From contig CALZJE010000003.1 of the NCBI GenBank assembly GCA_945787715.1, forward strand, positions 6,088-70,087: a DNA stretch of 64,000 nt, written 5' to 3'. This DNA comes from an uncultured Ectothiorhodospiraceae bacterium (GTDB lineage Bacteria > Pseudomonadota > Gammaproteobacteria > S012-40). Shown here piece after piece: positions 13,702-22,907 of the stretch. The notes under the pieces are model-generated. The model had not been told where the DNA came from and made no database searches. It was given only the letters and a program-made list of their open reading frames with translations. The stretch's first letter is position 1. Every line of letters starts with the position of its first letter. A program made the position numbers and the translations under genes.

Positions 13702-14857
13702 ATAATATTTTCGGCATAAATAATGTATTTATTACAGTAAGCAGCTTTAGCTATCTTTAGTTTCGTGATTTGATAATTAACCCAGCCGAATTAAATTCGA
13801 AGTCTTTCTTTTCTTTTCCCACAGTTATCCACTTCCTCTAATAAATAATATATCTATATATAAAAACTTATTGTTATTATTGGTTCAATCATTTTTGTGG
13901 TTAAGTTTCGATTTAGTTATATTTTTCATCATCTTACTGAGAGTTTTTTGTATTAACAAATTGTATAAATATACTTAACTAAGCTGTGGGTAACTTGTTC
14001 ACAAAAAGCGTTATTTTCCGTTCCGATTTTCTATTAACAAGTTATCAACAGTCTATTCCAATTTTATACACGTGTTTTTAAGAATAAATGGCGATCTACG
14101 AGTATTTACCGTTACTAGGTTAGTTAAATACCAGTATTTTTTATGGATATGATTATTACTCGATTCAAACGCAGTGCTTTATTGCAGAAATGCTTTTAAA
14201 ATGACTGATAATTATTAACCACTCTTTTCACATTTACTCTCCAAAATAAAACATTTCTATTATTAGGGGAATAAGAGTTGAATTTAGTGATAATATTTCT
14301 TATAAGAATTTTTTGGCTTTTTACAGATCTTCAAAAACTTTCTACCGGCATAAAATTTGAATCTAATTTATTAAACATATTAACCCCTTTATGTTTTTGG
14401 CTGCTGGTTTGAGACTTCCCCTTAAAACTCAGATCAGCAGCTTTCCTTTATTATTTTTCTTTAGTTATTAACATCTCTATATATAAATATATATCTATAT
14501 ATAAAAATTTGTTGTTGTTATTGAGTCTAAAATATTTGTGGGTAACTTCTATTATCTTATTATTATTCAATATGTTATTTATCAGTATAAGGCTCAACAA
14601 GTTGTATGGATATACTCATCTAAGCTGTGGATAACTTGTTTACAAATATGGTCTTTTTTACATAGAAAATTTTATCAACAGCTTATACACAAGCTACACA
14701 AGTGTTATACACGCGTTCTTTAAGTCAACTTTTGATATTTTTTAACCATTTCCCTCCACTTTTTCAGCTACAATATGCAGTATTTTTTGTAATCCTCCAC
14801 CTGTTGTTATTCTAGGATCGGCTCCTTGGAGTATCTGGAGGTTATGTTTTAATTTTT
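13702..14857. other. Non-coding AT-rich region with clustered DnaA-box-like 9-mers and an AT-rich repeated element; candidate oriC or DnaA-binding locus
   Basis: Boxes matching TTATNCACA or its complement: TTATCCACt 13825-13833, TGTGGtTAA 13896-13904, TGTGGgTAA 13985-13993, TTATCaACA 14042-14050, TTATACACg 14064-14072, TGTGGgTAA 14537-14545, TGTGGATAA 14626-14634, TTATCaACA 14672-14680, TTATACACA 14683-14691, TTATACACg 14705-14713. They sit in two ~230-bp homologous modules, each headed by ATATCTATATATAAAAA. Confidence 0.55.
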
Positions 14858-15916
14858 ATGAGAGTTTTTATGAGTAAACAGCGAAAAGCCGTTGCATTAA
14901 TTTCTGGTGGATTGGATTCTTTATTAGCTGCAAAGGTATTGCTTGAGCAGGGTGTTCACGTAGAAGGAATAAATTTTTACACAGGTTTTTGTGTTGAAGG
15001 ACATACCCATGCAATACGTAAAAAAGGCAAAGATAAAGTAAAACGAAATAATGCATTGTGGTCTGCAGAACAATTAGGCATTAAATTGCATATTGTCGAT
15101 GTCATAGAAGAATACAAAGATGTTTTGATTAATCCCAAACATGGTTATGGTGCAAATATGAACCCCTGTCTGGATTGCAAAGGCTTCATGGTTCGTAAAG
15201 CAATGGAGTGGATCAAAGAAAACAATTTTGATTTTATTGTTACCGGTGAGGTTATTGGCCAGCGGCCTATGTCTCAGCGTAAAGATACTATGCCAATCAT
15301 TGCAAGAGAATCCGGAGCAAATGATCTGCTTTTAAGACCACTATGCGCCAAATATTTACCAGAAACCAAGCCGGAAAGAGAAGGTTGGGTGGATCGTGAA
15401 AAGCTCTATGATTTCAGCGGCCGTTCACGTAAACCACAAATGGCTCTAGCGGAAAAATTTGGTTTTTCCGAATATGCCCAACCCGCCGGTGGATGCTGTT
15501 TTCTAACAGATAAATCTTACTCTGATCGACTTGTCGATTTATGGAAAGCGCGTGATGATGATCGTAATTATGAAATGGATGACATCATGTTGTTGAAAGT
15601 GGGGCGGCATATACGTCCTAAACCACACTTCAAAATGATTATTGGTCGTGAAGATGGTGAAAACAAATTTATGTCTGGTTACAAAAAACAGTTTGCTCAT
15701 ATGTATGCGACTAGTTGTGTTGGTCCCCTGGTGTTAATTGATGGTCCAGCAACAGAAGAAGATTTGGCATTGGCTGCACAAATTACGGCCAGATTTAGCA
15801 AAGGAAGAACTGAGCCATCAGTAACTGTAGAAGTGACAGATGCTCATGGAGTTTCTAAACTCTTAAATGTTGCACCTCTCAAAGAACACGAAATACTTGC
15901 AGAGTGGCAAGTGTGA
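14858..15916 (+). CDS. PP-loop ATP pyrophosphatase of the MnmA/TrmU tRNA 2-thiouridylase family (divergent)
   Basis: SGGLDS PP-loop. NPCLDCKGFM and GGCCFLTDK align with the MnmA NPxxxCN and GICF catalytic-cysteine regions, and IVTGEVIGQR aligns with MnmA IATGHYxRR. The start could be 14870. Confidence 0.5.
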   Translation: MRVFMSKQRKAVALISGGLDSLLAAKVLLEQGVHVEGINFYTGFCVEGHTHAIRKKGKDKVKRNNALWSAEQLGIKLHIVDVIEEYKDVLINPKHGYGANMNPCLDCKGFMVRKAMEWIKENNFDFIVTGEVIGQRPMSQRKDTMPIIARESGANDLLLRPLCAKYLPETKPEREGWVDREKLYDFSGRSRKPQMALAEKFGFSEYAQPAGGCCFLTDKSYSDRLVDLWKARDDDRNYEMDDIMLLKVGRHIRPKPHFKMIIGREDGENKFMSGYKKQFAHMYATSCVGPLVLIDGPATEEDLALAAQITARFSKGRTEPSVTVEVTDAHGVSKLLNVAPLKEHEILAEWQV

Positions 15917-16143
15917 GTGTTTATAAATTGGATGCTAGACGTTTACTCTGTCCGATGCCGGTAATTCGTACTCAGAATAAAATAAAAACACTTAAAGCGG
16001 GAGACACACTGGAAGTAATTTGTACTGATCCAGGCGTACTTCAAGATATCCCTGCTTGGTGTAGAATTAATGGACATAAGTTTCTGAGTCACGAAACAGT
16101 TGATGAAGAAATTATTTTAAAAATAGAGGTGGGCGAAGATTGA
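15904..16143 (+). CDS. TusA-like sulfur-carrier protein
   Basis: 79 aa with the CPxP motif (LLCPMPV). Overlaps the upstream gene by 13 nt. Confidence 0.7.
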   Translation: MASVSVYKLDARRLLCPMPVIRTQNKIKTLKAGDTLEVICTDPGVLQDIPAWCRINGHKFLSHETVDEEIILKIEVGED

Positions 16144-17303
16144 GCGATCAATCGGAGCAATCTGAATCCGCAGTCAGATACCAGCAAGTAAAAAAAGTCA
16201 CCTTAATTGGTGCTCTCGTTAATGCATTCCTAGCCGCATCTAAAATTATCCTGGGTTACATTGGTCAATCACAAGCTCTAGTTGCTGATGGAGTTCATTC
16301 CTTAGCGGATCTAGTTAGCGATATTATTGTGGTATATGCAGCGAAACATGGATCCCGCCAAGCAGACGAAGACCATCCGTACGGTCACGGTCGTATAGAA
16401 ACGGTTGTAGAAGTTTTATTAGGTTTTTTGCTTATTGCTGTAGCACTTGGTATTACGATCGATGCAGTATCAAGAATTAATACGCCCGATCTACTTCTTT
16501 CGCCGACTTGGTTTGCATTAGTAGCAGCATTGATTTCGATTTTTGCGAATGAAGTGCTGTTTCAATATACATTTACAGTTGGTAAGAAAGTAAAATCCAA
16601 CTTACTCATTGCCAACGCCTGGCATCATCGAACAGACGCAATCTCTTCAGTAATTGCACTTATTGGGATTGCAGGTGCGATGCTTGGTTTTCCTTTATTG
16701 GATGCGGTAGCGGCGATTGGTGTTAGCCTTCTTATTTCAAAAGTTGGCTGGGATATTTCTTATCGTGCATTTAAAGAGCTTATTGATACTGCACTTGAAG
16801 CAGAAAAAGTTGAAAAAATAAAAGCATTAATTTTATCGGTAGATGGCGTTAAAGCTGTCCATTCTTTACGGACACGAAGCATGGGCACCTATGCTCTTGT
16901 GGATGTCCACATTTTAGTGGTAAATTCACGTATTAGTGTCTCAGAGGGACATCAGATTAGCGAAAGCGTAATGTACAGGTTACTTAAGGGGATTGATGAG
17001 GTATCCGACGTAACCGTCCATATTGATCCGGAAGATGATGAAACTTGTGCACCATGCAGATATTTGCCATTACGTAAAGATTTTCAAATTTATCTGAACT
17101 CTGTATTCGAGAACAATAGTTACTATGATCGAGTGACAAAATCTACACTGCATTATTTGAATGGAAAAATTATTGTTGAGTTGGTTTTACCGGTTTCAAT
17201 ACTAGATGAAAATATCACCGCCAGTGATATTTTTTCTTCGTTCAAAGATTTCGAAGATCCAAAAAGCTACATCGCAGAAATTAATATTCTCTTTGGATTG
17301 TGA
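16140..17303 (+). CDS. Cation diffusion facilitator (CDF) family metal efflux transporter
   Basis: TM domain with HSLADLVSD and HPYGHGR motifs plus a C-terminal cytoplasmic domain. Probable TTG start overlapping the tusA-like stop. Confidence 0.75.
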   Translation: MSDQSEQSESAVRYQQVKKVTLIGALVNAFLAASKIILGYIGQSQALVADGVHSLADLVSDIIVVYAAKHGSRQADEDHPYGHGRIETVVEVLLGFLLIAVALGITIDAVSRINTPDLLLSPTWFALVAALISIFANEVLFQYTFTVGKKVKSNLLIANAWHHRTDAISSVIALIGIAGAMLGFPLLDAVAAIGVSLLISKVGWDISYRAFKELIDTALEAEKVEKIKALILSVDGVKAVHSLRTRSMGTYALVDVHILVVNSRISVSEGHQISESVMYRLLKGIDEVSDVTVHIDPEDDETCAPCRYLPLRKDFQIYLNSVFENNSYYDRVTKSTLHYLNGKIIVELVLPVSILDENITASDIFSSFKDFEDPKSYIAEINILFGL

Positions 17304-17422
17304 TCTATATTGGTGCTAATTGGTTTCTGCATGTGTTTTTTTAGTGCGCTTATTAATATTTACTATAATTTATAAACGGATTTTGTTAATTAAGCTATTG
17401 TTATAAATAAGTAATTGTGTAT

Positions 17423-17438
17423 TGGCATATGTAATGCT
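17423..17438 (+). promoter_or_regulatory. Sigma-54 (-24/-12) promoter upstream of glnA
   Basis: TGGCAT-ATGTA-ATGCT with GG-N10-GC spacing, ~60 nt upstream of the glnA ATG. Confidence 0.6.
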
Positions 17439-17496
17439 TAAATAAACAAAATTAAAATTTTAAAGTGTCTCCAATTTTATTTTAAAGGGTGAGAAA

Positions 17497-18903
17497 ATGC
17501 CGTCTAACGTTTTAAAGATGATGAAAGAATTTGAAGTGAAGTTTGTTGATTTTCGCTTCTCAGATACTCGCGGTAAACAAATGCATTTAACAGTTCCAAG
17601 TACAGCTGTTGATGAAGATTCATTAAAAGAAGGGATGATGTTTGATGGTTCTTCAATCAATGGTTGGAAGGGCATCAATGAGTCAGACATGATTTTGATG
17701 CCAGATCCAAGTACTGCGACAATGGATCCTTTCACTGAAGATTCAACGTTAAACATCGTATGTGATGTTGTTGAGCCAGCCACTATGTCTGGTTATGAGC
17801 GTGATCCTCGTTCTGTTGCTAAACGTGCAGAAGAATTTTTGAAATCTACAGGTATTGCAGATACCGCTTTCTTCGGTCCTGAAAATGAGTTTTTTGTGCT
17901 TGATGACGTTCGTTGGGGTGCTGATATGTCAGGCTCTTTTTGTAAAATAGATTCAGAAGAAGCAGAGTGGAACTCAGAAAAAGTTTATGCCGACGGTAAC
18001 ATGGGCCATCGTCCAGGTACTAAAGGCGGTTACTTCCCAGTACCACCAGTCGATTCTTTGTATGACTTGCGCTGTGCTATGACTACTGCGCTTCAGGAAA
18101 TGGGGCAAGAAGTTGAAGTGCATCATCATGAAGTAGCAACAGCTGGTCAATGTGAGATTGGTGTTAAATTCAACACATTAGTTTCAAAAGCTGACGAAGT
18201 TCAAGATCTAAAATATGTAATTCATAATGTATCGCATGTATATGGCAAGACAGCGACTTTTATGCCTAAGCCGATGGTTGGCGATAATGGTAATGGTATG
18301 CATGTTCACATGTCTCTTGCAAAAAATGGCGAGAATCTTTTTTCTGGTGATGAGTACGGTGGTCTATCTGAAACTGCACTTTTCTACATTGGTGGAATTA
18401 TTAAACATGCGCGTGCAATCAATGCTTTCGCAAATGCTTCGACAAATAGCTACAAACGTTTGGTCCCAGGATTTGAAGCACCAGTTATGCTAGCTTACTC
18501 TGCACGTAATCGTTCTGCTTCTATTCGTATTCCTTATGTCACAAACCCTAAAGGGCGTCGTATCGAAGTACGATTTCCCGATTCAACAGCAAACCCCTAT
18601 TTAGCGTTTGCTTGTATGTTGATGGCTGGTCTTGATGGAATTAAGAACAAAATCCATCCTGGTGATGCAATGGATAAAGATCTATACGATCTTCCACCAG
18701 AAGAAGAGAAAGAGATCCCACAAGTATGTTTTTCTTTCGATCAAGCATTAGAAGCACTAGATAAAGATCGTGAATTTTTAACTGCTGGTGGTGTATTTAC
18801 TGACGACATGATCGATGCTTATATTGATTTGAAAATGGAAGAAGTAACACGTTTACGCATGACAACTCACCCAGTTGAGTTTGATATGTACTATAGCTGT
18901 TAA
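17497..18903 (+). CDS. glnA: Glutamine synthetase type I
   Basis: 468 aa with conserved GS-I motifs, including the adenylylation-site region NLYDLPPEE. Confidence 0.9.
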   Translation: MPSNVLKMMKEFEVKFVDFRFSDTRGKQMHLTVPSTAVDEDSLKEGMMFDGSSINGWKGINESDMILMPDPSTATMDPFTEDSTLNIVCDVVEPATMSGYERDPRSVAKRAEEFLKSTGIADTAFFGPENEFFVLDDVRWGADMSGSFCKIDSEEAEWNSEKVYADGNMGHRPGTKGGYFPVPPVDSLYDLRCAMTTALQEMGQEVEVHHHEVATAGQCEIGVKFNTLVSKADEVQDLKYVIHNVSHVYGKTATFMPKPMVGDNGNGMHVHMSLAKNGENLFSGDEYGGLSETALFYIGGIIKHARAINAFANASTNSYKRLVPGFEAPVMLAYSARNRSASIRIPYVTNPKGRRIEVRFPDSTANPYLAFACMLMAGLDGIKNKIHPGDAMDKDLYDLPPEEEKEIPQVCFSFDQALEALDKDREFLTAGGVFTDDMIDAYIDLKMEEVTRLRMTTHPVEFDMYYSC

Positions 18904-18923
18904 TTTATTCTTTATTTTGTTTG

Positions 18924-18953
18924 AAAAACGCCCCTTTACGGGGCGTTTTTTTT
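18924..18953 (+). terminator. Rho-independent terminator after glnA
   Basis: ACGCCCC-TTTA-CGGGGCG followed by a T8 run. Confidence 0.75.
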
Positions 18954-19043
18954 GCTGCTGAATTCTTTGATATTGCGTAGAATTATTGAGTAATAATTTC
19001 ATCAACTATTGAATCATTTAGTGACTTTATTGAGGTCAGCACA

Positions 19044-19595
19044 TTGCGAATAACTTTTCTAATACTGTTTTTCTTTTCAGCAAAACTCTCTGCTGCGGTC
19101 TACCAATACCAGGACGAAAATGGAAAGATAGTATTCACAGATAAAGAAGTACCTGGTAGCGTAGAGCGCAAAGTTCAATCACCACCTATAATTAAATTTC
19201 GCAAAGAAGAACAGGTTAAAAAAGAAATAGCGCCAACAGATAATAGTTTTACTGATATTACTGTTACAGAAAATAAAAACAAACCTAAGCCGTATACAAA
19301 ATTTAAAATTAGAAAACCGGTTGATGATGACAATTTTCGCGATAACTTAGGAAACGTACATCTGCAATTAGATATTTCACCTGGGATTCAAACTCAACAT
19401 GGTCATAAGCTCAAGGTTGAGTTTGATGGAAAAATGTTAACGGGTAGTTGGACCAGTTCAACTATCTCTTTTTTTAATGTGAATCGGGGTACTCATACAA
19501 TCCGTGCTTTCATTGTAGATAAAGCTGGTAAAAAAATTAAATCAACAAATACCAACACATTTCATCTACAACGGTTTTCGAAACTATTTCGTTAA
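19044..19595 (+). CDS. DUF4124 domain secreted protein
   Basis: Signal peptide followed by YQYQDENGKIVFTDKEVPG, which resembles the DUF4124 N-terminal signature. TTG start. Lies between glnA and ntrB. Confidence 0.45.
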   Translation: MRITFLILFFFSAKLSAAVYQYQDENGKIVFTDKEVPGSVERKVQSPPIIKFRKEEQVKKEIAPTDNSFTDITVTENKNKPKPYTKFKIRKPVDDDNFRDNLGNVHLQLDISPGIQTQHGHKLKVEFDGKMLTGSWTSSTISFFNVNRGTHTIRAFIVDKAGKKIKSTNTNTFHLQRFSKLFR

Positions 19596-19638
19596 TCCAC
19601 TTTCACGCGCTTCATCTGCACAATCTTTTTGTATGATT

Positions 19639-19655
19639 CTTATTCGCGCACTATA
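19639..19655 (+). promoter_or_regulatory. NtrC-binding-site-like palindrome upstream of ntrB
   Basis: GCACTA-TAA-TGGTGC matches the NtrC consensus TGCACCA-N3-TGGTGCA (GCAC-N7-GTGC). Confidence 0.5.
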
Positions 19656-19758
19656 ATGGTGCGTTGTTAAAATGCGGAATTCGTATATCCCATCTCTGTG
19701 CTTGATATTTTGAATATTGCGATTGTTAACACACTGTTTTTATTCGTGATTATTTAAA

Positions 19759-20886
19759 ATGGTCGATGCGTCTTTTATTGGTTTAACTATTGCAGAGAAG
19801 TTAAATATGGTGCCGAACGAAAAGTGTAATAATTCAATATCAAAAGATTTGCTATACGCAAATATGTCTACAGCGTTGTTGCTGTTAGATGCAAATATGA
19901 AAGTTGTTGAAGCGAATCAAGCGACTGAAAATTTGCTCAATACCAGTGCAAGGCGAATTAAAGGTCTAGATGTTCATCAATTATTTGCAGGATCAGAAGC
20001 CTTTTTAAGTGCGCTCAAGCAAAGTAAGAATAATAAATTCAATGTCACTAAAAGCGAATTAGATCTACTCGTTCCTCATCTGTTACGTGTCATCAAAGTT
20101 GATTGTATTTTTTCACCAATCATCGAAAACGAACAAATTTTGATTGAGATGACGCAAATAGATGAAAAATTACGCGCGGCCAAAGAAGAGCATATTATTG
20201 AGCAGCAGGATGTTTTAAAAATATTGGTGAGAGGTTTTGCTCATGAGGTAAAAAATCCTCTCGGCGGAATTAGAGGCGCCGCACAATTACTTGAACGTGA
20301 GTTACCCTTCGATGATTTGAAAGAATATACCGACGTTATTATTGGTGAAACTGATCGCTTGCAAAAGTTGGTTGATGACATGCTGGGTCCAAATCGACCG
20401 ATGTCTAAAGAACCTGTCAATATACACAAGGTAATCGAACGAGTTCGTCAACTTGTTTTAGCTGAATCGGATGGAAAGTTGATATTCCGTCGCGATTATG
20501 ACCCAAGCTTACCGGAGATTTTTGCAGATTCAGATCAACTCATTCAATCCGTTTTGAATATAGTTCGTAACGCTAAGCAAGCAATGAATGGTGAAGGCGA
20601 AATTGTTGTTCGAACACGTTCAAGACACCATGTAATGATTGGACAAAGACATCATCGCTTGGTTGTTGGTGTAGAAATTATTGATAACGGGCCAGGGATT
20701 GCGCCTGATCTTTTAGACAAAATATTTTATCCAATGATTACCGGTCGTGCTGAAGGTACTGGGCTAGGTTTATCAATAGCCCAGACATTGATTGGCCAAC
20801 ACGGCGGTATTATTGAATGTAATAGCAAGCCTGGAGAAACAAACTTTACGTTGTTGATTCCAATTAATGCTAAGGAAACGGTGTAA
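19759..20886 (+). CDS. glnL: Nitrogen regulation sensor histidine kinase NtrB
   Basis: Aligns with E. coli NtrB throughout (H-box HEVKNPLGGIRGAAQLL, N and G boxes). The true start may be 19807. Confidence 0.85.
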   Translation: MVDASFIGLTIAEKLNMVPNEKCNNSISKDLLYANMSTALLLLDANMKVVEANQATENLLNTSARRIKGLDVHQLFAGSEAFLSALKQSKNNKFNVTKSELDLLVPHLLRVIKVDCIFSPIIENEQILIEMTQIDEKLRAAKEEHIIEQQDVLKILVRGFAHEVKNPLGGIRGAAQLLERELPFDDLKEYTDVIIGETDRLQKLVDDMLGPNRPMSKEPVNIHKVIERVRQLVLAESDGKLIFRRDYDPSLPEIFADSDQLIQSVLNIVRNAKQAMNGEGEIVVRTRSRHHVMIGQRHHRLVVGVEIIDNGPGIAPDLLDKIFYPMITGRAEGTGLGLSIAQTLIGQHGGIIECNSKPGETNFTLLIPINAKETV

Positions 20887-20891
20887 ATATA

Positions 20892-22307
20892 ATGGCAAAA
20901 AAAGAACATATTTGGGTCATTGATGACGACAAATCAATTCGCTGGGTGTTAGAGCGTGCTTTAAGCAAAGCGGATATGGATGTTGATTGCTTTGAAAGCG
21001 CTTCAGGTATTCTCGATAAACTATCAAAAGGATTACCGGATGCGATAGTTTCGGATATTCGCATGCCAGGACAAGATGGTTTGGCGCTTCTTTCAGACAT
21101 TAATAAAGCTTATCCTGATCTCCCAGTAATCATTATGACGGCTCACTCCGATCTGGACAGTGCGGTATCGTCCTATGAAGGCGGTGCATTTGAATATTTG
21201 CCTAAACCCTTTGATGTTGACGATGCAGTTGATCTGGTAAGACGAGCAGTGGATCATAGTAGAAGTGCTACTACTAACGTCAGTGAACAAACTGAAGCTA
21301 CACAAACAGAAATTATTGGCGAAGCAGCAGCGATGCAGGAAGTGTTTCGAGCGATTGGGAGATTATCTCGTTCGAATATCACCGTTATGATAAATGGTGA
21401 ATCTGGGACGGGTAAGGAGCTTGTTGCGAGTGCACTTCATCGCCATAGTCCAAGAGCGTCTAATCCTTTTATCGCACTAAATACCGCTGCTATTCCAAAA
21501 GATTTATTGGAATCAGAACTATTTGGTCACGAAAGAGGTGCTTTTACTGGCGCGCAAACAACACGACGTGGCCGTTTTGAACAGGCTGATGGCGGAACAT
21601 TGTTTCTTGATGAAATTGGTGATATGCCCGCCGATTTACAAACTCGGCTTTTGCGGGTTTTAGCATCTGGAGAATTCTATCGGGTTGGTGGTCATGATCC
21701 CGTTAAAGTCAATGTTAGAATTATTGCAGCCACACACCAAGACCTGGAAGAGCGAGTAGGTAAAGGAAAATTCAGGGAAGACCTATTTCATCGTTTAAAT
21801 GTTATACGTATACATTTACCCGCCTTACGTGAAAGGCAAGAAGATATTCCACTATTGTTAAACTATTTTCTCGTTCGAGCAGCGAAGGAATTAAGTGTTG
21901 ATGTAAAAAGATTAAGGCCTGAAACTGCAAAGTTTTTGAGTCAGTTACAGTGGCCAGGTAATGTAAGACAGTTAGAAAATGTGTGCCGCTGGTTAACTGT
22001 GATGGCCCCAGGTCCTGAAATTCATGTAGAAGATCTTCCGGCGGAATTAAGAGAAGATGTGGTTAAAGCAAGCAGCAATTCTGATTGGGAAGGCGCTTTA
22101 AAGCTTTGGGCAAAAAGCAAGCTCTTGGCAGATGATCAAGGTATTATGGAGAATGCGACTCCCAGGTTCGAAAAAATATTGATAGAAGTTGCTTTAGCGC
22201 ATACCGCTGGGCGAAAACAGGAAGCTGCTAAATTGCTCGGAATTGGTAGAAATACACTGACGAGAAAGTTGAAAGAACTCAAAATAATTAGTGACGATGC
22301 AGCGTAA
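20892..22307 (+). CDS. glnG: Nitrogen regulation sigma-54-dependent response regulator NtrC
   Basis: Receiver domain, AAA+ domain with GAFTGA and a C-terminal Fis-type HTH. Confidence 0.9.
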   Translation: MAKKEHIWVIDDDKSIRWVLERALSKADMDVDCFESASGILDKLSKGLPDAIVSDIRMPGQDGLALLSDINKAYPDLPVIIMTAHSDLDSAVSSYEGGAFEYLPKPFDVDDAVDLVRRAVDHSRSATTNVSEQTEATQTEIIGEAAAMQEVFRAIGRLSRSNITVMINGESGTGKELVASALHRHSPRASNPFIALNTAAIPKDLLESELFGHERGAFTGAQTTRRGRFEQADGGTLFLDEIGDMPADLQTRLLRVLASGEFYRVGGHDPVKVNVRIIAATHQDLEERVGKGKFREDLFHRLNVIRIHLPALRERQEDIPLLLNYFLVRAAKELSVDVKRLRPETAKFLSQLQWPGNVRQLENVCRWLTVMAPGPEIHVEDLPAELREDVVKASSNSDWEGALKLWAKSKLLADDQGIMENATPRFEKILIEVALAHTAGRKQEAAKLLGIGRNTLTRKLKELKIISDDAA

Positions 22308-22836
22308 CACTAGCTCCTGGCTATCTCCACTAACCGGTGAACTTGTACAGCAATCAAACCAATTCCTTGCACTCCAATCTCATACTCAACGGATCTTTTA
22401 AGATTTATCTTATCGGTTCCATTCCCGTATTAAACTTAGAAAAAAGTAGATTCATGAAATATACTCTGAGGGCTGTAACCCAACCCTTGTTTCGCCTAGC
22501 GATATGAAAAGCAATACTTTGTGTTTTTTTGATAGCCAGCTGCCTTTTCTAGGATAAGCCTAGAAAAATCAGTTGATCCGTGATTTAGCGCACAACCACT
22601 TGATTCACTTGGCAATATGAAAAGTATTTGAATCACCAACCTGGTGATCATAAATATTTTCATTACGCCAATCAAACCGCACACTTGCATGCTAATTTCG
22701 CATCCAACAGATCTTTCTAGGTTAAACGTTTTTAGCGCGAAGTTTCCTTCGCATCAATTTACTTCATTATTCAAAAATACGAATCAATCTTCGCTTCGAA
22801 AACATTTAAGTCATTGTTTTATATATGTATTAATCT

Positions 22837-22852
22837 TGGCATTCATTCTGCT
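22837..22852 (+). promoter_or_regulatory. Sigma-54 (-24/-12) promoter of the 22.9-28.6 kb operon
   Basis: TGGCAT-TCATT-CTGCT (consensus TGGCAC-N5-TTGCW) with GG-N10-GC spacing, 56 nt upstream of the ATG at 22908, which follows an AAGGAG RBS. Confidence 0.65.
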
Positions 22853-22907
22853 CCTATGCAAGAGATTAGTTTGATGTGATATTCAACCACGAATAAAGGA
22901 GAACAAC

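Noticed and set aside
13840-14720. Possible CRISPR array or IS remnant, suggested by the repeated ~230-bp modules and AT-rich repeats.
   Set aside because: There are only two long imperfect copies, no short regular repeat-spacer periodicity, and no cas or transposase genes. A DnaA-box cluster explains the repeats better.
14538-14723. 61-aa ORF inside the AT-rich DnaA-box region.
   Set aside because: It lies across the DnaA boxes in non-coding-looking AT-rich DNA and has an isoleucine/tyrosine-rich composition typical of random AT-rich translation.
22496-22874. Two small ORFs (64 aa and 76 aa) in the ntrC-operon intergenic region.
   Set aside because: They overlap the predicted UAS and sigma-54 promoter, have no RBS and have odd composition. 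Regulatory DNA is more likely.
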